Positions 35,150 to 43,651 of a DNA stretch of 64,000 nucleotides are shown here, one piece after another. The notes under the pieces were generated by a model that ran no database searches, was not told the DNA's origin, and saw only the letters and a list, made by a program, of their open reading frames with translations. How positions within the stretch are numbered: the stretch's first letter is position 1; each line of letters begins with the position of its first letter. Source of the DNA: a bacterium (GTDB taxonomy: Bacteria; Bacillota; Clostridia; Oscillospirales; CAG-272); contig CAVGAA010000003.1 in NCBI GenBank assembly GCA_963627065.1, forward strand, positions 52,361-116,360, read 5' to 3'. A program made the translations under genes and the position numbers.

Positions 35150-36108
35150 TTAAATTAGCGGTTGATTTATTGGGAGCGGACACCGATGAGTGCGAACTCC
35201 TCGCCGGAGCAATTGAGGCTCTGAAAAAAAACAAGGATTTATTCCTCTACATTTGCGGACACAAAGATAAACTCGAACCTGTTCTGAACCTCGAAAAAGA
35301 AATTTCGGGACAGTATGAGATTATCGATTCGCCCGAAACCCTGACCAATTACGACAACCCTATGGAGGGGTACAAAAAGACCGATGCGTCAATGGTCAAG
35401 GCAATGCAACTTGTGAAAAGCGGAGAGGCAAAAGGCATTGTGACCTGCGGTCCGACCGGTGAAGTATTGGTTTGTTCCATTATGATTTTGGGAAAACTCA
35501 AAGGCTTGCGTCCGATTCTGGCGGCAGAAATGAGAAGCATCCTCGGCGAACCGTTGCTTTTGCTCGATTGCGGAGCGAACATCGACAGCCGTTCGGAACT
35601 GTATGCATCTTTTGCACATCTCGGCGATGCCTATATGAAGAGCATCGGCAAAGAAAATCCGAGAATCGCACTGCTTTCGAACGGTGCGGAGGACACAAAG
35701 GGATGCGAGGCGGTCAAAGAGGCAAACAAACTGCTCCACACCTTGCCTATAAACTTTGTCGGAAATGTCGAACCGACCGTGGCACTTTCGGGAAAATGCG
35801 ACGTCATTGTCTGTGACGGCTTTCACGGAAACATTCTCCTCAAAGCGATTGAGGGCGTAGCCCAGACGGTTCTGTCACAGATTGAAGGCAGACTCACAAA
35901 CGTAACCGATGAGATGCAAAAGGTTTTGACGAGATTGAGATGGGAGTATGACTTCAACCGGCAGGGCGGTGCGGTCCTCTTGGGAGTCAAAGCACCGGTT
36001 ATGAAAGGACACGGATCGGCAAAAGCCGAGTCAATCACGGCAATGGTCGAACGGATGCAATCGCTTATTGCAGGCAACTTTATCGACCGTGTGACAAGTT
36101 CGCTGTAA
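35146..36108 (+). CDS. plsX: Phosphate acyltransferase PlsX
   Basis: MIKLAVDLLGAD, DCGANIDS, CDGFHGNILLK and GAVLLGVKAPVMKGHGS. 320 aa. Confidence 0.9.
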   Translation: MIKLAVDLLGADTDECELLAGAIEALKKNKDLFLYICGHKDKLEPVLNLEKEISGQYEIIDSPETLTNYDNPMEGYKKTDASMVKAMQLVKSGEAKGIVTCGPTGEVLVCSIMILGKLKGLRPILAAEMRSILGEPLLLLDCGANIDSRSELYASFAHLGDAYMKSIGKENPRIALLSNGAEDTKGCEAVKEANKLLHTLPINFVGNVEPTVALSGKCDVIVCDGFHGNILLKAIEGVAQTVLSQIEGRLTNVTDEMQKVLTRLRWEYDFNRQGGAVLLGVKAPVMKGHGSAKAESITAMVERMQSLIAGNFIDRVTSSL

Positions 36109-36185
36109 TGGTTGCATTTTTGCGACAAAATATCTTCTTCAAAAGCAGATTATATTAGAATAAGAACTGTTCTTATTCTCAAATT

Positions 36186-36230
36186 GTACGGTATTCGGGG
36201 CGAAAAATCCTTGTAATACCGTGCTTTTTT
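36186..36230 (+). terminator. Rho-independent terminator of the acyl-lipid operon
   Basis: GTACGGTATT / AATACCGTGC forms a 10-bp stem with one G-U pair and a 19-nt loop, followed by TTTTTT. Confidence 0.7.
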
Positions 36231-36250
36231 GTGTTCTTGGCGAAAAAATC

Positions 36251-36279
36251 TTGACATTTCACGCTCAATATGATAAAAT
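36251..36279 (+). promoter_or_regulatory. Sigma-A promoter (TTGACA-17-TAAAAT)
   Basis: TTGACA at 36251-36256 and TAAAAT at 36274-36279. This excludes the track start at 36221. Confidence 0.7.
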
Positions 36280-36319
36280 AATACGATATTATTTCTTGCA
36301 TTCGAACAAAGGAATTACT

Positions 36320-37459
36320 ATGGAAATTACGCCTGAAAAACTGGAAACGCTCGGCGAATGTCGGGTTTATGATATGCGGAGCGAGAGCGAACGTGCGTTC
36401 GGCACGCCGGAAAACGCAATTCCCGTCACGGGGGAGGACTTGCTCGCCAATCCGCCGAAAGATACGGATTTACCGCTCGTCATTGTCTGTGCAAGGGGTG
36501 TTTTAAGTCTCGATATTGCAGAGGAACTGTGCGAAAAAGGATATCATGCTTACAGTCTCACGGGCGGTTACGCATCCTACCTGCGTTACAAAATTGCAAA
36601 GCAGAATGCGGACGAAATTCGGGAGAAAGTCGAATCGAGCATCCGCACAAAATACAAAACCACGCTCCTCAGTCGATTCGTGCGTGCCATTAAAGATTAC
36701 GAACTCATCCGTGACGGTGACAGAATTGCCGTCTGCATCTCCGGCGGAAAAGATTCTATGCTTATGGCAAAACTTTTTCAGGAACTCCACCGCCACAGCC
36801 AATGGAAATTCGATGTCAAATTTCTTGTCATGGATCCGGGGTATAACGAAACGAACCGCCGGATCATCGAAACAAATGCACGCAATCTCGGAATTCCCGT
36901 GACGATTTTCGAGAGCAATATTTTCGAGTCGGTCTACAACATCGAAAAATCGCCCTGCTATCTCTGTGCGAGAATGCGTAGGGGGCATTTGTACAGTTAC
37001 GCACGGGAACTCGGATGCAACAAAATCGCACTGGGACATCACTATGACGATGTCATTGAAACGATTCTTATGGGGATGCTCTACGGCTCGCAGATTCAAA
37101 CAATGATGCCGAAGCTCCACAGCACCAACTTTGAGGGGATGGAACTCATACGCCCGATGTATCTCATCAGGGAAGATGACATCAAATCGTGGCGGGATGC
37201 GAATGACCTGCATTTTCTCCAATGTGCCTGCAAATTTACCGATACCTGCACGACCTGCAATGACGGGCGGAATCACTCCAAACGGCAGGAAATCAAAGAG
37301 TTGATAAGGGAACTGAAAAAGACCAATCCGGCAGTCGAGAATGCCATTTTCCGCAGTGTCGAAAATGTGAATCTGGACACCTTGATTGCCTACAAAAAGG
37401 ACGGTGTGGAGCATCACTTTCTCGACTCCTACGATTCAAAAACGGTCAATAAAAGTTAA
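36320..37459 (+). CDS. ttcA: Rhodanese domain fused to a TtcA-like PP-loop tRNA thiolase
   Basis: The N-terminal ~95 aa has a rhodanese loop, LVIVCARGVLS. This is followed by the PP-loop motif AVCISGGKDS and Cys motifs SPCYLCARMRRG and CACKFTDTCTTC. Confidence 0.75.
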   Translation: MEITPEKLETLGECRVYDMRSESERAFGTPENAIPVTGEDLLANPPKDTDLPLVIVCARGVLSLDIAEELCEKGYHAYSLTGGYASYLRYKIAKQNADEIREKVESSIRTKYKTTLLSRFVRAIKDYELIRDGDRIAVCISGGKDSMLMAKLFQELHRHSQWKFDVKFLVMDPGYNETNRRIIETNARNLGIPVTIFESNIFESVYNIEKSPCYLCARMRRGHLYSYARELGCNKIALGHHYDDVIETILMGMLYGSQIQTMMPKLHSTNFEGMELIRPMYLIREDDIKSWRDANDLHFLQCACKFTDTCTTCNDGRNHSKRQEIKELIRELKKTNPAVENAIFRSVENVNLDTLIAYKKDGVEHHFLDSYDSKTVNKS

Positions 37460-37887
37460 GGGCTGAAAGAAAACTCGCCCGAAAACGGCAAAAATCCGAA
37501 AATTGACCGCCGAAATTGCCAAAATGGCTTTGGTCAATATGTAGAAATTTGAGCCTCAAAATTGTGCAACTTGCACAAACGCATTCACAATTTAGAAACA
37601 AATAAACTTTTTGAACCGATTTTTTGATAGGTAAATTAAATTTACGCAAAACAAGAAAAAGCAATTTGTCAAGTACTTGCGGCAGAAAATGTTGCACAAA
37701 ATCGGTATGAAATTGCCGTTTTTAATCGTCTGGAAGTGTAAATGCAATTTACCACTGCAAAAACATTCCGTAAAGTCACAGAAAAACGCTCTTTGAATTG
37801 TAAACTTTTTATCGTTTTTGCTTGATTGAAATGTGAATAAAATCGGAACTCAGAAAAATTCTCGTGACGATTCAAAAAAAATTATGC

Positions 37888-37916
37888 TTGACAAATCGAC
37901 ATTTTTGTGATAATAT
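37888..37916 (+). promoter_or_regulatory. Sigma-A promoter with extended -10 (TTGACA-17-TAATAT, with TGa upstream)
   Basis: TTGACA at 37888-37893 and TAATAT at 37911-37916. It leaves a ~115-nt leader before the 7-gene operon. Confidence 0.7.
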
Positions 37917-38036
37917 ATAATGGTTAAAAAAGGTATTGCCATGCCCGTTTCTCATTTCCCGTGCATGGTTGCCATGTCCCTTTGTGGCAGAAGAGGCTCG
38001 GCAAATGCCGGATGAACATTTCAGGAGGATACCAAA

Positions 38037-41000
38037 ATGGGAAAAAAGAAAGTCACAAGACTTCTCAGCTTTGCTATGGCAGCATTGCTACTTGTGAGCG
38101 GATCGATTTTTGCCGTAGGTGCGGAAGCGACCGGTAAAAGTACGACCGATAAGTCAATTAACGACTATATCAGTTCGAGAGACTTGCTCACTTACGACGA
38201 ATATCTGTCAAAAACCTGTGCGGGTTTGACAAGCGGAACGCAAAAAATCGAGATTTCCGCCGAGTCCTACCTTGTCTTCACGACCGGCACGTACACCGTT
38301 ACAATCAAGGACGGTGCGTGGACACTGGCATCTGCGGACGGAACGGTTCTTTCAACCGATCAGAACAGTCTGCCGGACGGCGTGGAACTCTCGGAACTTG
38401 CACATATCGAAACGTATGACGGCAAAACCGCCGTTTATACACCGAGCACCGGAACGGCAACATGGTATGTCGATACGGCGTCTGTCGGACTTACCGAGGA
38501 AGCACTTTACAACATCACGCTTTCCTACTATCCGATCAGCTACCGCAACGCCAATCCCGAAAGAGAATTTTCGGTCAACGGTGCAGTCCCGTTCAGCGAG
38601 GCACGTTCGCTGACACTTCCCAAAAACTGGTCTTCCTACAAATCCGATTCGCAGGACGCCCTCACTGCCACTTATGAGCCGTCCAAGAAGTACACCAAGA
38701 GTGCGGAAAAACTTTCGGCACATCTCGCAGAGGTAAAGGCAGAAGCGGAAAATGCGGGGCTTGTCGCATACACCGACGAGGAGGGAACGGTTCTTTATGT
38801 GGAACGTCCCGAAATCGTAACGAGTGTTATCAACGAGTTTATCGACAAATACGATCTGCGTTTCTTCGTGACCGACTCGTCCAACAACGAATTGCGTCCG
38901 ACTATGATTCAAACGCCCGAATGGATGGAATATACCCTGCACGACAGCGACGGTTACTACCACGAACCGTTGAAATTCGCTCTCACGTCGGGTGAGGACG
39001 GAACATACCTGACCTTGACGCTCAAAGGAGTCAACGAACCCGTTGCCATCGGGGCTTTGACACTGACGCCCACCGTCACATATCAGACCTATGCGGAATA
39101 TTACGCAAACTTGCAGGCATCCGGTGTATCACTTGCAGAAGGCACCGATAAAGTCCGCATCGAAGGCGAAAATACAATTCATACATCCACCAACGTCGTG
39201 TATCCGGTTGAAGACCGTTCGGACGCAAACACCTCGCCGGTCGACACAACCCGTACATTATTAAATACAATCGGTACGGAAAAGTGGGAAACCGCAGGTC
39301 AGTGGATCCGGTACAAATTCCAAGTCAATTCCGCCGGAATGTACGAGATTTTCGCAAGATACAAGCAGAGTTACCTTGACGGTATGTATGTCTGCCGTAC
39401 CTTGAAGATTTATACCGACGGTTACGATTCCGCCGAGGCTTACAAAGCCGTCTACGGAAACACCGCAGGTTACTACAACGGTGTGCCGTTCGAGGAAGCA
39501 ACCGAACTCCGTTTCGATTACGATAACTCGTGGCAGGTCAAAGGACTTTCCACCGGCGACAACAAAGCGGAAACTTTCCAATTATATTTTGAGGACGGCG
39601 TTACCTACACGCTCCATTTCGAAGTCGCACTCGGCTCGATGAGTTCTCTCGTCCGCAAGATTGAGAGTATTCTGGATGCCCTGAACGATGACTACCTCAG
39701 CATCATCAAACTGACCGGTTCGTCCCCCGACGATTACCGTGACTACTCCTTCACGAGATTGCTCCCGAACACTATGCTCGATATGCTCGAACAGTCGGTG
39801 GCACTCGGCGAAGTTTCCAAATTCTTAAAAGAAGACACGGTCGGTGTTTCCTCGTCCTACACGGGTATCTGCGATAAGTTGAAAAACCTGCTCGAAAAAA
39901 TGGGACGTGACGAAGACCAGATTGCAAAGAATCTCGATAACTTCAAATCCTACATCGGTTCGCTCGGTACATTCCTTACCGACTCGAAGACACAGCCTCT
40001 CCAAGTCGACTATTTCCAGATTCAGGGGACATCGGCAAAACAGCCCAAGAGCAAAGCAAACTTCTTCCGTGCATTCGGTCATGAAGTTTCCAGTTTCGTG
40101 ATGAGTTTCTTCCGTGATTACAACAGCATGGGTGCTATGGAAACGGATGATGCGACCGAAACCGATACCATTAACGTATGGCTTGCATACGGACGTGACC
40201 AGTCGCAGGTTATCAGAAACCTCTGCACCAACGATTTCACACCCGAGAGTCAGATTGCGGTCGACCTCAAACTGATTTCCGGCGGTACGCTCCTGCCGTC
40301 CATTCTGGCAGGTATGGGACCGGATGTCTATTTAGGCTTGGGACAGACAGACGTCATCAACTACGCAATTCGCGGAGCATTGATGAACGTCGAAGAGCTT
40401 GAAGGCTATGACGATGTCGTCGTGAACTTCAACGATGCGGCAATGACTGTTCTTTCCATTGCCGATGCGGACGGCGATATGCACACGTACGGTTTGCCGG
40501 TTACGCAGGCATTCAATATGATGTTCGTCCGTACCGATATTCTTCTCAACCTCAACATTGAGATTCCGAAGACTTGGGAAGACGTTTACATTGCACAGTC
40601 CAAACTCGAATCCAACAATATGGAAATCGGTGTGACGACCGACTACAAAATGCACCTCTACCAGTTGGGCGGTTCGCTCTTTGCGGATGACGGTATGCGA
40701 ATCAACCTCGATTCCGTGTTAGGTCTGAAAGCATTCGAAACCATGTGTAACCTCTTTACACAGTTCTCCTTCCCGTACAAGTACAGTGCCGCAAACCGTT
40801 TCCGTACCGGTGAAATGCCGATTATCATTTCCGACTATACATCGCTTTACAACCACCTGAAAGTTTTCGCAACCGAACTTGACGGATGCTGGACATTCGT
40901 TCCGCTCCCGGGTTACGAAGATGAGGACGGTAACATCAACAACTGCTCGGTTTCTTCCGTCAGTGCTGCCGTTATGGTCAAGGAAGACAACAAGGACTAC

Positions 41001-41759
41001 ACAAGTGCATGGACCTTTATGAAATGGTATTCCGATGCACCCTGCCAGACCGAGTATGCAAACGAAATGGTCGCAATTCTCGGTGATTCCGCAAAGCACT
41101 CCACCGCAAACAAGGAAGCACTCGAAAGTATGCCTTGGACGAACGACGAGTATGTGGAAATCAGCCGTCAGTTCAACAACCTCGCATCCATTCCGAACTA
41201 CCCCGGTTACTACATCATCGACCGTTACACCAACTTCGCATTCCTTTCCGCTTACAATGACGATGCCGATCCGAGTTCCGAACTTTTGAGTTACATTAAG
41301 ACAATCAACAAGGAAATTACGAGAAAGAGAGAGGAATTCAACCTCGAAACGCTCGAAATCGGTCAGACTCTGGCGAAAAAACGTTCCGATCAGACATCCG
41401 AGGCAATGACAAGACTCACCTCCAAATACATTACGGAAGGCAGTAGCAACTATACGGCAGTCAACGAGGCAATCCTCGCCGCCAAGTATGCGATTGCAAA
41501 CGAAAAGATTTCGCAACTCCGTGATGCGTCGACCTCCTTCCAATCCATTCTCGACGCCTACGGCATTACAACGACAAAGACCATTACAAAGGTAGACGGC
41601 AAGACGGCGGAAGTTCCCACTTACTACGTCAACGTCACCAAGCAGACCGCTGAGAGCAAGAACGGCGGTTACAGCATCAATTCTTTGGACGAACAGCAGT
41701 TGATTTACTTCATTTCCGAATGTCTTACCGACATTGCAGATGCACTGGCTTCTTACTGA
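38037..41759 (+). CDS. Giant (1240-aa) extracellular solute-binding protein: beta-sandwich/CBM-like N-terminal half plus a family-1 ABC SBP C-terminal half
   Basis: Signal peptide MGKKKVTRLLSFAMAALLLVSGSIFAVGAEA, with no lipobox Cys. CBM6/35-like segment VRIEGENTIH...GQWIRYKFQVNSAGMYEIFARYK. SBP-like segment INVWLAYGRDQSQVIRNLCTNDFTPESQIAVDLKLISGGTLLPSILAGMGPDVYLG. Confidence 0.75.
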   Translation: MGKKKVTRLLSFAMAALLLVSGSIFAVGAEATGKSTTDKSINDYISSRDLLTYDEYLSKTCAGLTSGTQKIEISAESYLVFTTGTYTVTIKDGAWTLASADGTVLSTDQNSLPDGVELSELAHIETYDGKTAVYTPSTGTATWYVDTASVGLTEEALYNITLSYYPISYRNANPEREFSVNGAVPFSEARSLTLPKNWSSYKSDSQDALTATYEPSKKYTKSAEKLSAHLAEVKAEAENAGLVAYTDEEGTVLYVERPEIVTSVINEFIDKYDLRFFVTDSSNNELRPTMIQTPEWMEYTLHDSDGYYHEPLKFALTSGEDGTYLTLTLKGVNEPVAIGALTLTPTVTYQTYAEYYANLQASGVSLAEGTDKVRIEGENTIHTSTNVVYPVEDRSDANTSPVDTTRTLLNTIGTEKWETAGQWIRYKFQVNSAGMYEIFARYKQSYLDGMYVCRTLKIYTDGYDSAEAYKAVYGNTAGYYNGVPFEEATELRFDYDNSWQVKGLSTGDNKAETFQLYFEDGVTYTLHFEVALGSMSSLVRKIESILDALNDDYLSIIKLTGSSPDDYRDYSFTRLLPNTMLDMLEQSVALGEVSKFLKEDTVGVSSSYTGICDKLKNLLEKMGRDEDQIAKNLDNFKSYIGSLGTFLTDSKTQPLQVDYFQIQGTSAKQPKSKANFFRAFGHEVSSFVMSFFRDYNSMGAMETDDATETDTINVWLAYGRDQSQVIRNLCTNDFTPESQIAVDLKLISGGTLLPSILAGMGPDVYLGLGQTDVINYAIRGALMNVEELEGYDDVVVNFNDAAMTVLSIADADGDMHTYGLPVTQAFNMMFVRTDILLNLNIEIPKTWEDVYIAQSKLESNNMEIGVTTDYKMHLYQLGGSLFADDGMRINLDSVLGLKAFETMCNLFTQFSFPYKYSAANRFRTGEMPIIISDYTSLYNHLKVFATELDGCWTFVPLPGYEDEDGNINNCSVSSVSAAVMVKEDNKDYTSAWTFMKWYSDAPCQTEYANEMVAILGDSAKHSTANKEALESMPWTNDEYVEISRQFNNLASIPNYPGYYIIDRYTNFAFLSAYNDDADPSSELLSYIKTINKEITRKREEFNLETLEIGQTLAKKRSDQTSEAMTRLTSKYITEGSSNYTAVNEAILAAKYAIANEKISQLRDASTSFQSILDAYGITTTKTITKVDGKTAEVPTYYVNVTKQTAESKNGGYSINSLDEQQLIYFISECLTDIADALASY

Positions 41760-41789
41760 TCGTTACTACTATTCAAAGGAGATAGCAAC

Positions 41790-42767
41790 ATGTCAAACAA
41801 TACAGCACCGGTTGAGTCAACGAAAATCGCCGAACCCGCAAAAGTTGCGGTGTCACGGAAAGACATGACCTACCGTGAGTGGATCTGGAAAGAAATGAAG
41901 CGGAACTGGGTTGCCTATGTGATGATTGCTCCTTACGTCATCATCTTCACGCTTTTCACGGTTGCCCCCGTCATTCTGTCAATCTTTTTCAGTTTCACTG
42001 ACTTTAACATGCTTCAAATGCCGAACTGGGTTTGGTTCGACAACTACATCAACCTGTTCTTTGCGGACGACATTTTCCTGATTGCCTGCAAAAACACCTT
42101 CATTTTTGCCGCAATCGTCGGACCGACATCCTATTTGATGTCCTACCTCGTCGCATGGTTCATCAACGAACTTTCTCCGAGAATCCGTGCGGTTGTCACC
42201 CTGATTTTCTACGCACCGTCCATTTCCGGTCAGGTTTACCTCATTTGGGGTACGCTCTTTGACTCGGATGCTCAGGGCTGGGTAAACGCAACGCTTCTCG
42301 AACTCGGATTCATTTCCGAACCGATTGCATTCTTCCAGGATGCCGACTATGTCATGCCACTTTGTATCATCGTGGCATTGTGGACGTCACTCGGTACCGC
42401 ATTCCTTTCCTTTATCGCAGGTTTGCAGGGCGTTGACCGTTCACTCTACGAGGCAGGTGCGGTTGACGGTGTCAAAAACCGTTGGCAGGAACTCTGGTAC
42501 ATCACACTGCCGAGTATGCGTCCGCAGTTGATGTTCGGTGCGATTATGTCCATCACCGGTTCGTTCGGCTTCGGCGGTGTCGTTACGGCACTTTGCGGAT
42601 TCCCGTCTGTCGACTATGCGGCTCACACCATTATTCACCACTTGGAAGACTACGGTACGCAACGTTACGAAATCGGTTATTCCTCCGCCATTGCGGTGGT
42701 GCTGTTCATCATCATGGTCGGTGCGAATATGATAGTCAAGAAAGTTCTCTCAAAGGTAGGTACGTGA
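41790..42767 (+). CDS. Carbohydrate ABC transporter permease (MalF-type), pair 1
   Basis: 6 TM segments and the EAA loop SLYEAGAVDGVKNRWQELWYITLPSMRP. An AAGGAG RBS is present. Confidence 0.85.
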   Translation: MSNNTAPVESTKIAEPAKVAVSRKDMTYREWIWKEMKRNWVAYVMIAPYVIIFTLFTVAPVILSIFFSFTDFNMLQMPNWVWFDNYINLFFADDIFLIACKNTFIFAAIVGPTSYLMSYLVAWFINELSPRIRAVVTLIFYAPSISGQVYLIWGTLFDSDAQGWVNATLLELGFISEPIAFFQDADYVMPLCIIVALWTSLGTAFLSFIAGLQGVDRSLYEAGAVDGVKNRWQELWYITLPSMRPQLMFGAIMSITGSFGFGGVVTALCGFPSVDYAAHTIIHHLEDYGTQRYEIGYSSAIAVVLFIIMVGANMIVKKVLSKVGT

Positions 42768-42768
42768 T

Positions 42769-43641
42769 ATGGCAAGACTTAGAACAAGAAAACATAAAGT
42801 CGTCCTGTCCCGTTCCGCAGGAGGCGACGTCGGTATTACGATACTGCTGACACTTTTGGGGCTCTTCATGGTCCTGCCGATGGCTTATGTCGTCATGCAA
42901 TCCCTCAAACCGCTTGACGAATTGTGGATGTATCCGCCGAGATTCTACGTGATGAATCCGACTTTCAAGAACTTCAAGGATTTGTTCAGCCTTATGAACA
43001 CCTCGTGGGTTCCGTTCTCTCGTTACATTTTCAATACCGTCTTTACCTCGGTTATGGGTACGTTCGGACACCTTTTCATCGCCTCGATGTGTGCATACGC
43101 ATTGGCAAAGATTAAGTTCCCGGGCGGAAAAGCAATTTTCAAAACCATTCAGACATCCCTGATGTTCCACTCCACCGTTACGGCGGTCACGAGCTTCATT
43201 TTGATGAGCTTCTTCAAAATGATTGATACCTACTGGGCAATCATCGTTCCGGCATGGGGCTATACATTGGGACTTTACCTGATGAAACAGTTTATGGACA
43301 CCGGTGTGTCGGATGCAGTACTCGAAAGTGCAAGACTGGACGGTGCGAGCGAACTCCGTACCTATTGGACAATCGCCATGCCGATGGTCAAACCCGCATG
43401 GTTGACGCTGATCGTGTACAGCTTCCAGACTCTTTGGAATGCAGGTTCTTCCATTTACATTTATTCCGAACAGTACAAGTCGTTCAACTACGCAATTCAG
43501 CAGATTACCGCAGGCGGTATCAAGCGTGCAGGTGCATCTGCGGCGGCTACGGTGCTTATGATGTTGGTCCCGATTCTCGTGTTCGTTATTACGCAGTCGA
43601 ACATCATCGAGACGATGGGTACCAGTGGTATGAAAGATTGA
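42769..43641 (+). CDS. Carbohydrate ABC transporter permease (MalG-type), pair 1
   Basis: EAA loop VLESARLDGASELRTYWTIAMPMVKP. It starts 1 nt after the previous stop. Confidence 0.85.
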   Translation: MARLRTRKHKVVLSRSAGGDVGITILLTLLGLFMVLPMAYVVMQSLKPLDELWMYPPRFYVMNPTFKNFKDLFSLMNTSWVPFSRYIFNTVFTSVMGTFGHLFIASMCAYALAKIKFPGGKAIFKTIQTSLMFHSTVTAVTSFILMSFFKMIDTYWAIIVPAWGYTLGLYLMKQFMDTGVSDAVLESARLDGASELRTYWTIAMPMVKPAWLTLIVYSFQTLWNAGSSIYIYSEQYKSFNYAIQQITAGGIKRAGASAAATVLMMLVPILVFVITQSNIIETMGTSGMKD

Positions 43642-43651
43642 GGAGGGCAAT

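Noticed and set aside
36157-36179. GAAC...GTTC in the 23-nt palindrome, considered as a Firmicutes LexA/SOS box.
   Set aside because: The spacing is GAAC-N1-GTTC rather than GAAC-N4-GTTC. It also lies at the 3' end of an operon rather than in a promoter.
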